Assembly (NCBI GenBank): GCA_965645245.1
Contig: OZ287088.1
Span: 620,001 to 684,000, forward strand
Reading direction: 5' to 3'
DNA: 64,000 nucleotides
DNA from: Massalongia carnosa
Lineage: Eukaryota
Shown in pieces: positions 48,629-61,037 of this stretch (positions within the stretch are counted from its first letter, which is position 1; each line of letters opens with the position of its first letter). Position numbers and translations under genes: made by a program. The notes below the pieces were generated by a model. It was not told the DNA's origin, ran no database searches, and saw only the letters and a list, made by a program, of their open reading frames with translations.

Positions 48629-48803
48629 CAGTGGACAAGGTAGATTTTCTGAAGATCATTCAAAAAGCAAGTAAAGAAGCAATCAACACAAAAAACGTGC
48701 TGACTGCATGGAGAGCAACCGGATTAGTACCATACAATCCGTCAACAGTTCTTCAAAAACTCACTAATAAACAATCGGTGTTGCGAAAGACTGATACCAT
48801 CAT

Positions 48804-48849
48804 CACCACCACCACCACCACCACCACCACTGCTACTACTACCACCACG
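48804..48849 (+). repeat. (ACC/ACT)n microsatellite encoding poly-Thr in the transposase
   Basis: Direct reading of the sequence. Confidence 0.9.
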
Positions 48850-49716
48850 AATATCACCTCCTCTCATCCTAACACTCCAACAACCCTTCAAAACTGTCAC
48901 GAAATTGAAAAGACACCTGAAAATATCGATCAAATAAATCAACTGATTCGTCGAGTTCGAAATGATGAAGAATCAGACTCGACTCCCGTTCGAGTGCTAA
49001 ATAAATTGATAAAAGGCGCTTAGTATGCCTTCGCAGACTCTACCTTGCTACGTATCACCAACAACGAGCTTCTTCAGGCCAATGTACGGCACCATCATCG
49101 AGCCAATCGTAGCGGGGCTCACTATAGAGGAAAGGCTCGAGTTCTAAGCCGTGAAGACGTTTAACAAAGACAGCAATGGGCCAAAGATAAACAAAAGGTG
49201 AAAGACGAAAAAAAGAAGGCCGCTTAGCTAAAACGAGCTGAGCAGGATCTTATCAAAACTTTCAGGGAAATGTGTCGATTTGGACTTGATTTACTAGGAC
49301 AAACGTCTACTGCATCTTCGACGTAAAGTCCTCAGAAAAGTCCTCAGAAAGCACCTGATAGTTCAACAAAGTAAGCCTATTTGTTCTTTTCAAAGACGAT
49401 TACTACCTCCTCCCGTGCTTCAACCAATGACAGAAGAGGTAGAGGGGGTGGAGGAGGTGAAGGTGAGTGGGGGGGTAGAGGTGGAGGTGGAGGTGGTAGA
49501 GGAGGTGAAGAAGGTTCAAACTACCAGACGGGGTCGTATTGTACGTCAACCACGTAAAATGTGATTAAGTTGCATGCAGATAAAATATCAATTTCACGTC
49601 TAATAGACATTGAAGCCGAATTTGTATGTAAAACGGGTCAGAGGGAGGCTGTAGAAATTAAGCGAAATTTAGTTAGTCCCGTTGCCCAGTTTGTCCCGTT
49701 GCCCAGTAAGTTACGT

Positions 49717-51222
49717 TAACGGCAGGCGTAAAACTCGTCTTATTAGGGAATTTCAATTTACATCATCCTCTTTGGAACGACTCAACGAGAACAACTCAAC
49801 ATGCGAGTGCAGATCAGCCGTTAGACGTGATTAAAGAAGCTAACCTTTCACTGACATTATTACCAAAAGGTACTATCACCTGAGAGGCAAGACAATCGTT
49901 CAGCACTATCGATCTTGTATTCATGTCGGACGACCTAGTCGCGAGACTAGAATATTGCATGTCAAGACCTGAATTTAATCAATCGTCCGATCACATACCA
50001 ATCTGAACTCGAATAACGCTAAACAGTGAGCCTCAAACAATTGTTGAACGCAGGGCCTGAAAGCGGGTAAGCATGTAAAAATTGAGGGAAGCCGAAAAAC
50101 GGGCTCCCCTTCCGTTCTCTCCCCGATCTCCAGACGAAATCGAAGCCTACACGATAACGAGTCAATAATTTTCAAGAAGTCATAAACGCTACTGTACCAT
50201 AGGTAAGACCCAGTAAGTACGCCAACCCCTTTTGGAATGATGAATACAGTGTAATCACGAAAGAAACTCGCAGGCTTAGACGCGCCTAGACGAACTCCAG
50301 AGATCTTTTAGATTGGATAACGTACACGAAGTCTAATCATAGAAAACAAAAAATCATTTAAAAAGCCAAGACACTGTCGTTCCGCAAGGAAATAGAAAAA
50401 GCTACTGAATCGCCCATAGGATTATGGCGGCTGGCTAAGTAGGCGAAGGACAAAAGTGAGAAGCCAAGAGAAATTCCAAAAATGCCTCCCCTCATCCGAG
50501 ACGATCAAATAGCTTCCACGTTCGAGGAAAAAACGGAGATGCTGAAACTGAAATTCTTTCCACCTGCACCTACTGCCGATCTTAGCGACATAGAGGGCTC
50601 CTTTTATCCTAGTCCTCACTGTCCCACAATCGTAACCAAATCGAAAGTAACAGAATTGATACGCCGACTCAAGCCCGACACGGCCCCTGGTCCGGACGGA
50701 ATAACCAACAGAATTGTAAAGTTGTGCTCCGAAAAGATGTCCGATTTACTAACTCCTTTGTTTCAAGCATGCATAGATCAGGCGTATCATCCACGCGCGT
50801 TCGAGACCGCTAATATAATCATACCGAGAAAGATAGTCAAAGATGATTATACGGCTCCGAACACCTATCGTTCTATAGTACTCCTGAACACGCTTGGCAA
50901 GGTTATGGAATCTATCATATCCAAGAAAATTACCCACTTAGCGGAAACATACCGACTTCTACCCGATACCCAGATGGGTGCCAGAAGAGGAAGATTAACA
51001 GAAACTGCACTGGAATTGTTAACGGAACAAATCCACACAGTATGGGGACAAGGCAACGACAAAGTAGCCACTCTGTTAAGCATGGACGTAGCAGGAGCTT
51101 ATGATAAAGTGTTACATAGACGTTTAATCTATAACCTACGCAAACGGAAAATTCTAAAATGGATTACTGACTTGGTAGACAGTTTTTTAAACGAACGAAG
51201 TACCACGCTGGCAATACATAGC
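49717..51222 (+). pseudogene. Older Tad1-like LINE ORF2 fragment (endonuclease end to RT), distinct from A/B
   Basis: LGNFNLHHPLW near 49740. ORF 50482-51240 has APGPDGI, YRSIVLLNTLGK, QMGAR, LSMDVAGAYD. Truncated by the Copia LTR. Confidence 0.9.
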
Positions 51223-51603
51223 TGTCAAATTATAGGATAACTAATCCTAAACATCAGTGGTAACTCAGGATAATATATCCGAAGGGTTATTCCCGCCCGA
51301 CTAGACACGTGGCTTCCCCCCTTAGATAGATTCCCACTTTTCCACATCCTCCACAATACAATCAACATCTACCCAATTCCCTGATTATGCCTTTTGACCC
51401 TTATATATTTAGGGTTCGGATACGGGGACACCGGGTAGGATGCATGTACACCGGGCACTTGATGCATGTACACTCTCTTCCCAAAAAGGTAAAGGGCCGG
51501 CACATTTCGCACCACTTTATCTTTCTTGGTTAGCAGATGAAAAATCAGATGAGATCTTGAAATTTTCAATTGATGCATCATCTTTCTTAGTCATTCTCAA
51601 ATC

Positions 51604-53776
51604 ATGCCTCTAGCTCCTCCTGACGATGACCAGGTTTTTTCCACCTTGGAAGAACTCATTCTCAGCGTCAATACTCACGCCGGCTCAGAAGGATACGCGG
51701 TGGTCATAGCTAGATCAAAGAAATCAGATCTTGGTATCAAGAGAAAAGTCTGGTTGCGCTGCGACAGGGGAGGTAGCAATCGAATACCTCGAGGCAGAGA
51801 TAGACCTCATACCAATACTCGAATCATCGATTGTCAGTTCAAGGTCACGGCGGTGCGAAACAGAGTGGATGGAACCTGGTTATTGGATGTAATCAACCCA
51901 TTCCATAATCATGAAGCTACAATTGCTGGATCGCATCCAACGTTACGCAAAATGGCTATGACTGAAGAGATTAAGAATGACATCTCTAGACAATTGACCG
52001 TGCAAACAGCTCCTTCTAAGATTCTCTCCACCCTTCGTATTGACACCGATAACAATAATCCGTTATTCAAGCCTCGAGATATCTACAACATCAAGGCACA
52101 GCTGAGACGAGATACTCTAGTTCCTTTAACCCCGGTTCAGGCATTGATGCAGGAACTTGATTAAAACGACTGGACGTACAACTATCAGAAAGACATTCGC
52201 AATCAGATCACCCACTTATTCTTCGTGAGAGAAATATCCCAAACTCTACTGAAGGTCAATTATGAAGTTCTGGTCATGGATTGCACCTACAAATCCAACA
52301 GATATAAACTTCCGTTGCTGATCATCAACGGGCAAACGGCCCTACATACTAATTTCTATGTCGCGTTTTGCTTCATGGCAAAGGAGAAGCAGGTGGATTA
52401 TGAGTGGACATTGGGACAATTGAAGTCGTTGTATGCGCAGTTGCAACTTCCAGATCCGGTGGTTGTTGTGACCGACATGGAGCGTGGGTTGATGAATGCC
52501 CTGCGATTGAGCTTTCCCAATACGAATCATCTGCTCTGTCTTTGGCATATCAACAAGAATGTGACGGCAAATTGCAAGAAGGACTTCAATACCAAAGAAG
52601 AATAGGATGACTTCATATCCGCCTGGACTTCTGTTTTATACGCCGCTTCCAGAGTTGATTACGAGTCGGCGTGGCAGGGAATGAATGACACCTACTATCT
52701 AACGCATGGAGAATGTTTGGATTATCTGCGAGAAACGTACATCATGTCCTTTCATCATCGCTTCATGAAATTTCAAACCGATCAGGTGTTACATTTCGGA
52801 ACCACAACTACTTCTAGAGGTGAGGGGGGGCACGCAGCTCTTTAACGTCATCTCAGAGTATCAACAGGTAATGAGTACAACCCTAAGAAACATTCAATAC
52901 TGACTGAGCTGTAGGAGATTTGAAAACAGTTGTAGATGGCATCAACCTACTTCTAATTAACGAGCGACAAAATTACATGATAGCCTTTGACGAAGCGAAG
53001 ATGCGATACCCTATGGATCTTCGAAAACCAGTTTTCAATCGCATCGCGGCGTTCGTAACCCCATACGCATTGAGAAGAATGGATAATCAATACAGACTGT
53101 TGACGGACCAAGCAACGGCAGTCAATCGTTGCACTGGAAGCTTTACAACTACTACCGGATTACCATGCAGTCACAAAATGCAGGAACGTTTATTCGGACC
53201 TAAGGGATGTCTGATTTTGGAAGATGTCCATCCTCATTGGAGGTTTGAAAGATCTTCCTTGCTGATCCAATCAGAGATCCAGCTCTCGATCCGCTACTTC
53301 AGGTGGAAGAACCAGCGGTTGTCCAACCTCGAGGACGTCCTGCAGGGGCGGAGAATCGTAGACAAGCATTGGACAACTCTTCCTATCGGAATCCATCTCA
53401 ATTCGAAATCGTTGAAGGTGAAATAGCAGAGCAACATGGGAATGAACTGCCAGCGGATATCAAACGAGTTCTGGCAAGAGCCGAGGCTACACCAGCGGGA
53501 CGTGGGCGCGGGCGCGGGCGCGAGCGACGACGAGATAAAGGTGAGGTGGCAGGCACTCGTGCCTCATCCAGGCCTGCGACTCAAGAAGCAACTAGGGCGG
53601 GCAGGGCGGGCAAGGCGGGCAGGGCGGGCAGGGCGGGCAGGGCGGGCAGGGCGGACAGGGCGGACAGGGCGGACAAGGCGGACAAGGCGAAAAAGGTCGG
53701 CGAGGCGGGCAGGGGGGGCAGGGGGGCAGGGGAAGAAGGGGTAGGACTGACGAGGCAATTGCGACCGAGTAGCTAG
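51604..53776 (+). pseudogene. MULE transposase (FAR1-like DNA-binding domain, DDE, SWIM-like finger, AT-hook tail) with intron 52868-52914
   Basis: Motifs VMDCTYKSNRYKLPL, VVTDMERGL, LLCLWHINKNV, CTGSF…GLPCSH, PRGRP. Several stops and a frameshift. Confidence 0.9.
53594..53700 (+). repeat. GC-rich 9-bp tandem repeat (agggcgggc)n encoding (RAG/RAD)n
   Basis: Direct reading of the sequence. Confidence 0.9.
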
Positions 53777-53938
53777 AAGATGTCATCTTATCAATCTTGA
53801 TGAGATGCAACAGATCAATGCTGAAAACTTCATTGCCGCATAGTTTCCAAATCACCATCTGATTTTTCATCTGCTAACCAAGAAAGGTAAAGTGGTGCGA
53901 AATGTGCCGGCCCTTTACCTTTTTGTGAAGAGGGTGTA

Positions 53939-55955
53939 CAATGAACCCTGGCTATAACGAATCGATGATTCCATGAAAAAAATTTGTTATAACCAGTTTT
54001 CGTTATAACCTTAATTTCTACGAAAACATCTCATTTTCTACCTAAAATAGCTGGTAATGGTCATCTGCTTTCTAGTATTGATTTCCCCATTTAGCATAAC
54101 CTGCTCCGAAGCATTCAAACGTTGAATCAGATCGATGTCGCCATCTTCCTGTTGCTCATGAAATGTACGTAGTATTCTCAAAGCTTGAATAGCTTCAGAG
54201 TATTTCACTATAGGTTTGACGATCTCATCTTCATCCGATTCTTCAATTTGACCCTCGGCGTATGCATCCACAATAGTATCAAGAATGTCATTATCATCAT
54301 CCTCAGTGATTTCTTCCGCGGGATTGAGATATCGTTCAATACTTATGACGTCTTGAATGCGATCATTCTTCTTCAACTGCTGCAATGTAGTGCTCATCTC
54401 TTTTACTAGTTGATTGTAGTCTTCTGTCTCTTGATCAACTGCCTTCGACCAACCCTTTTCTTTCGTCCAGCCCATTTTCTTCGCTTGCAATTGCGTAGTA
54501 GGTCCGTAATTTGCTGAGAATACCAAAGACTTAATCCAGCAGTTGACGATAGTAGCGTGTTTGACGTCATACTTCCAAGTAGTCATTGACCAACGAATAG
54601 CTTGCAAAATATGCATGTTCTTAAAAGGATCTTTGTCCGCATCATACTGATAACATAAAAAGGCTAGCCATTTTCGCTTGTAGTGAGCCTTAAACGTCTT
54701 GATGATGCCTTGATCCAATGGTTGACAGATGCTTGTAGCATTGGCAGGAAGAAATATCACTTTAACGTTTGATTCAGGATTTCATTCTGAACACTGACGA
54801 TAGCCAGCAACATGAGCTGAAAATCCATCGACTAGCAAGACTACTTTGCGATTTGTTTGACGACTAAACCATTGCAAATACTCTTGAAATAACACTCCCG
54901 TCATCTATGCCTTTCTATTGCTTCGCCATAGCATATTCAGGTTGCTAACGTTGATCCCCTCACGCGTAAAACAGCGAGGTGTTTTTGCCGTACCAATGAA
55001 CAAAAGTGGAAGTTTATGAGTGCTAACGCAAAAATTAACGGTTATTCTAGCTTTCTCAAGCTTCAATCCAGCAGATGAAGCTGTAGCCAACGTTCCATTC
55101 GGATTCATCTTCCAATACAAGGAAGCCTCATCCATGTTGTATACATCGTCTTGATCGTACGGAGCCAACTTAATTCTCAAGTCCCTCAATTCTTCTTCCA
55201 CTGTCTCCTTGTCAACTGATGCCGCTTCTCCATGTCGAATACGAAAGGAGATAAAATGATGAGCTTTAAAAGCATCTAGCCAACCGTTAGAAAATTTGGG
55301 CATTTCTTCATGAGAGTATTGAGGAAGTCTTGTCCAGATTTTCTTTGCCATCTCCTTCAATAACTCTCCCGTCATAGTCGCCTGCTTTGTCTGCATTCGT
55401 TGTTGCTATTCGAAAAGAGCCGCTTTAAGATCCGGCCAAAAAGAAGCTTTTAATCTTTTGATATCAGGTTGAAATGTCTCCTTCTCATTTAAACGATCGT
55501 ATTTTCGAGAAAGAATATCCGAGATTGTAGATTCCGAAGGTGTATGACTGAATTCAGCTTCAAACCAGACTTGAAGAGCTTTGCCGAAAGGTCTTTTAAC
55601 GAAATTATTCTGAACATACTGACGAAGCGCGTGTTTTTCTGCATCTGTGATAGGTCGACGACGTTTTTTGGAGGAAGAATTCATGATGAGTTGTTGGTTA
55701 TTAAAAGGATATGTTATCTATCGATAGGATGCGCAGCATGTAGTACTACGTATCAAGAATTTTTATCAGCTAATCCTAAAAGGGTAATTGCCGAGGTCTA
55801 GTTATAGCGAATCACTAAGAAACTTTCTAAAATTGCTTACGAATTCGCAATAGGCCGAAATTCGTTATTTTACATACAAGAATCGCTCATCCATGAAAAA
55901 ATTCGTTATAAGCCGAATTCGTTGGAAAAAGGTTCGTTTTAACCAGGGTTCACTG
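53939..55955 (-). mobile_element. Tigger/pogo (CENP-B-like) DNA transposon with defective transposase 55684-54038
   Basis: TIRs ca(a/g)tgaaccctgg…aacgaa with TA at 53937-53938 and 55956-55957. Motifs FSNGWL, YNMDE, VDGFSAH, FLPANATSICQPLDQGII. Confidence 0.93.
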
Positions 55956-56131
55956 TATATGAATCAAGTACCCGGTGTAAATGAATCAAGTGCCCGGTGT
56001 ATAGGCATCCTACCCGGTGTCCCCGTATCCGAACCCTATATTTAACAGTTATAAGCCCGGATAGTCGTAAAGATACCGCAAATCGTCAAGAGCATTATAT
56101 TCTTAAATTCAACGAGGTAGCAATCGCGAAA

Positions 56132-57184
56132 ATGGCAACAGAATCCAAAACGATGAGGACAATCCTCGAGACATCAGAGGATTGGGAGACGTGGTATGAT
56201 AAATTGAAAACGATATCAGCTAATGAGTTTTGGAATATGGCAGATCCAGACCAACCTACTGTTCTTCCTGCGGCAGCTCCCTACAAGCCGGTAGTAGCAG
56301 ACATAGTACAAGGAGAGACACTATACACAAACCTCTCAGCCGCAAATTAGCGAATGTTCGATAATGCAAGAAAACATTACGAGTCGGATCAGAAAGACTA
56401 TATAAGACAAGAAACCTCGTTGACGACGATAAGAAAACACATAGTAGAAACAGTTCCGATCACAAACCGAACGAGCCTGAAAGCGAGTATGTCAGTAAAG
56501 GAGTGTCTCATTATCTTACGAAACCTTATGGCACCTCCGACGGGACATTCCATGGCGTTGGCGAAGGAGAAATATGATAAGTTGCTTAGGATGAATGCGA
56601 AACCACTAGACTGGTTGGATAAGTAGGAGAAGGTAGTAGCCAAGGCCCGACAACACGATTTGTCGGAGTTCAAGCACGGAATATGGCTTGGAAATATGTC
56701 GTCGTGGATGAAACCACACGCACCAGAACTATCCTATGCACTTCGATCCAGAGGCAACGACGCCGCAAGAAATGACATATCGCAATATCCAGAAGTCCTA
56801 CGAGAAATCCGAGAATACTTGAGGGATGGAGTGAAGCAGACGGTCCGGGGAGCCGCGTTCCAGACGTTAGTTGACGACGAAGACGAAGATGGCCTACTAG
56901 AAGAAGTAGCCAATACAACCACTAAGAGAAAGAGGGCAAATACAACTGGACAATCTCACCGTGGAGGGAAAAGGCACGATAAGATATGCCCTGCGTGTGA
57001 AAGACCAGGCCATGATCTCGAGAACTGTTGGTTTATATTCCCAGAAGGAAAACCAGATGACTACACTCTAGGGAAAAGGAAAACTAAAGAGGTAAACAAT
57101 AGAGTGGATAAGGACAGGAAGTTAAAAAAAGAAGTCGAAAGGATAAGGAAGGATAAAAAGAAGGTTGAGGAGATTCCACCATAG
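56132..57184 (+). pseudogene. Copia gag with CCHC knuckle and two internal stops
   Basis: MATESK…DWETW and CPACERPGHDLENC. Same frame across ORFs 55997, 56354 and 56660. Confidence 0.85.
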
Positions 57185-60100
57185 CAAATATCGTTGGTGG
57201 ACCACCAAGCTCTTCACGAATCAACGTCGGTGGATCATCAGAATCAAGACGAATATATAGACGCTGCATTTCTTCTAAATCATCAATCAGAAACATCACT
57301 TCCTTCTTCATGGCCTGACGACATCCTAGATTCCGGAGCCTCCATACATGCCTTCAATGACATAGCTCGTTTCCAGTACTTCACTAAAGCATCAAAGATC
57401 ATATACATACCAGCCGGATCATCAAGGATTCCAATCCTTGGTTACGGTAGTGTCAGAATACCTTTACTCCGAGAAGATAAATCTGAGGGGTGATGATACT
57501 ATCGAACGTGGCATATTGTGTGGACTTCGTGGTAAATCTAGTGTCGTTTCAACAACTAAGAAAGAGAGATATATACTGGGACACGGAAAGGAATGTTCTA
57601 TACAAGATGACTAATAAAGGACAAAGGACAATTTGTCTGATTCATCAAGTTGACGAACTTCCTGCATTCCAAAGGTCAGATTCATCTAGTAAGGCCGCAT
57701 TGCTAATAACTCCAATACCTCGTCGGCGTTCAGGAAAACCTAGATCCTCCTCAAAGGGAGATGCCTTCATCTGGCATTGTCGTATGGGACATCCTGGACC
57801 AATAAGCCTTCACAAACTAGGAGAGAACTCATTAGGTGTTACACTATTAGGGCTATCGACCACTCGGTGTGAGGCGTGTAGTCTGGCAAAGATGCATAGA
57901 CAAATATCACGTCGGCCAGGAAATAGAAAAGTGACGAAGCCATTCCAGGAACTGCACATAGATTGGACGGATTTCGATAAGGCCATAGATGGTTTTATAC
58001 GAACAATATTTATCACAGACAAATATACTGGATTAGTCATACCTTATTTCATGTCAACACACGGAGAGGAGTCAGAAATCCTCAAGATTCTCAAAGACCT
58101 AATGGCTTGGTGCAAGCAACGGAACCTACTGATAGAAAGGATACGGTCAGATTTGTAGTTGAATAGAAAGCGTACCAACAAGTGGTTGTCATCGGTAGGG
58201 ATAGAATTCGAACCTTCCACTCCTAGAACTGCAGCACAAAATGGTGTAGCGGAACTTTCAGGGGGTATGATAGTGACGAAGGCGAGGGCGATATCAATAG
58301 GAGCTAAGTTACCATCAAATCTCTGGAAGGAGCTAATAGATGCGTCAACGTATTTACATAATAGGACTCCTAGAGAGGCTCAGTCCTGGAAATCACCGTT
58401 CGAAACATTCTACAAAACCAAACCTCAATTGGCCTATTTAAAGGCCTATGGCTGCAGAGCATATGCGATGACTGAGGACGCTCAACTTCATAAGAACAGA
58501 CGACAGAAACTCCAACCCCGTGCATATATAGGACACCTGGTAGGATACCGATCGACGAATATCTTTAGAGTGTGGATACCAGAAAGACATGGTGTTATCT
58601 CCAAACGAGACGTGATATTCGATGAGTCCAGATTCTACGAAGGACAGTTACCCGAAGAAGGAACGTCTGAAGTAGAGAAAGAGACCATCATAAATAGGAT
58701 CGAGTTGCCAGTGGCTGAAGTAATAAATGAAGGCATCTTAGAGGAAGATGTAGAGATACTAGAGTATCATAATGATGAAGCAGAGGATATATCTGACGTC
58801 GATACGCTTGATAGACATGACAAATTGATCGAGGATCTACGCCAAGCAGAGGAACAAGAACGTGGATTACCAACACCACCACCAGATGAGGATGACGAAT
58901 TAGCCATGGCACTTCATGCTCGGTTAGAAATTGAAGATATAGATGAGGCAAGCTGCTCTCAATATGACTTCGACGATAATATCTATATCAATAAAGAAGC
59001 ACCACGCATCCAAACAACATCAGAACTCGGGGCATTTGCCGCTGGTCGGTTGTTCAGTAAGTTCCATAAGTTGAATCTACCCCCACCTCCCAAAACCATA
59101 CGTGACCTGGAGGGTCACATGTTCGAGTCTCACTTCATCGATGCCATCAGAGAACATCTCGGTGGGCATGAGAAGATGGAGACGTTTGAACTAGTCGAAA
59201 GCAAGCATACCATAAGACATCAAGTGCTGGACTGCATGTGGGTTTTCACCTACAAGACAGACTGTGATGGCTATTTGGTAAAATGCAAAGCTAGATTAGT
59301 AGTATGTGAATCAACAAGAGGTTGGGGAACTACCAACACGAGCGACCACTTTGGCCAGTTCAGCATTCAGGTCCATGATGGCGTTAGTTGCGAAGTATGA
59401 TCTAGAAACTAGACAACTCGACGCAGTAAATGCATTTGTCAACTGGCCGCTGGACGAGGTGGTATACATACGTATTCCACCATATTATCCATTCACAGGT
59501 AGGCATTCGCATTCGCCGTCGAGCGGGCGGGCACTGAAAAGAGGACGACTCTATCAGAAGACCAAACAGCGGCGACCCCTGGTGAAATGAGGACTTCTGT
59601 AAAAGGAAGGCCATCACACCCAAGAGAAAACACGGCCAGTCTAGGTGAGAAACCATTCTGGAGAACTAGTCGACAAGGACTGATCACCCTTGAATCGGTA
59701 TAGTCCCGGACATTAAAGCTCAAAGATGGAAGAGGTTAAATCAGAGATGTGGTCTAAAACAAAAATATGTGTTAAGACTGAGAAAAGCACTCTACGGCCT
59801 GAGACGGTCACCATATCTATGGCAGAAGCATCTGTCAAAAACATTTCAATCCATGGAATTTAGGGCCATACCTCAAGAATCATGTATAATGATGAGAGGC
59901 GGAATCCTAGCATTCTATTATGTGGATAACACGGTATTTTGTTACCACAAATCGATCGAGGGTCAGGCCTTGAAAGCTATCGAGCATTTATGTTCAATAT
60001 ACACCATGAAATCACTAGGGGAAATCGAATGGTTCTTAGGAATCAGAGTCATAAGAGATAGGTCTAAACGACTTCTATGGCTATCCCAAGAGGCGTATAT

Positions 60101-61037
60101 TAAGCTGGCTAATAAATTCGATGTTCAACTAGATAAGAAACTATCAGATACTCCTATAATATCAACTCAATATACAGTCTCAGAAAACAAAGCTTCCCAT
60201 CAGTCCATTCACTTATATCAACAAAGGATAGGAACAGCCCTATTCGCAGCCATAACCACCAGACCAGATATCGCATTCACGGTGTCCAAACTATCCCAAT
60301 TCTCTATAAATCCTTCCGATGAACATCACCAGGCAGCGATGCGAGTCCTAGAATACCTATACGCCACCAAAACCCTGGCGATTCAATATGAAAGAAAACC
60401 AGAGGAAGGGATACAAGGGTTCCTATGTGCTAGCGACGCGTCCTTCGCGGACAACAAGGATAGGAAAAGTCCTTAAGGATATATAATGACGCTGTTCGGA
60501 GGACTGGTTGCATGGAAAGCAAGCAAACAGGCGACGGTGACCACATCGAGCACTGAGGCCGAATTGCTGGCCTTGTCGGACACCACCAAAGAAGCAATGT
60601 ATATAAGACGACTGTTAAAGGCCATCAAGGCGAGACTGGAGGGACCGGTAATCATCGACTGCGACAACAAACAGACTATTAACTTGATAATTAGTGAGGA
60701 TATGAAGCTTCAAACTCGGCTTCGCCATGTGGATATACATAATCACTGGTTGAGACAGGAATATCAGGCCGGTCGGGTGTCGATAAGATGGTTGGCCACA
60801 GGTAAGATGCCGGCGGACGGATTGACGAAGGCCTTATCAAGGCAGAAGCACGAGGGATTCATAAGATTGATAGAATTGGTGAACATATTGGAAAGATTGG
60901 ACTCGATAAGAAAGATGGAAAGTTTGAAAAATCGTCTAATGCATTCACAATCGGGCGTTCAGGTGGCGTGTTTCGGAGGACAAAGCATCAAGATGAGGAA
61001 TATAAGGGATTATACTGGACTGATTCCAGATCTATAA
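57185..61037 (+). pseudogene. Copia pol (protease, integrase, RT, RNase H), disrupted
   Basis: Motifs ILDSGAS; WHCRMGH…CEAC, HIDW, IRSD, QNGVAE; WVF.YK, KARLV, QLDAVNAF, KALYGL, YVD; SDASFAD, TSSTEAE, CDN, RHVDI, MPADGLTK. Confidence 0.93.

Larger units (their letters stand above)
47217..49716 (+). mobile_element. Fot1/Pot2-like pogo (Tc1/mariner) DNA transposon with a defective transposase
   Basis: 44-bp TIRs acgtaagtcactgggcaacgggacaaactgggcaacgggactaa with TA on both sides. Motifs IYNMDEKGF, GWTD, LLIVDGHAS, LPPHTTHILEPLDV. Confidence 0.95.
51412..56036 (+). mobile_element. Mutator-like (MULE) DNA transposon with long TIRs and 8-bp TSD
   Basis: TIR gggttcggatacggggacaccgggtaggatgc… of about 140 bp; the right TIR is split by the pogo. 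TSD tatattta at 51404-51411 and 56037-56044. Confidence 0.92.

Noticed and set aside
53592..53870. Cys/Pro-rich (PPC)n ORF resembling a metallothionein or keratin-associated protein
   Set aside because: It is the antisense reading of the 9-bp repeat in the MULE transposase tail.
54038..55684. Domesticated CENP-B/Abp1-like host gene
   Set aside because: It is bounded by TIRs and a TA TSD and has in-frame stops, so it is a pogo transposon copy.
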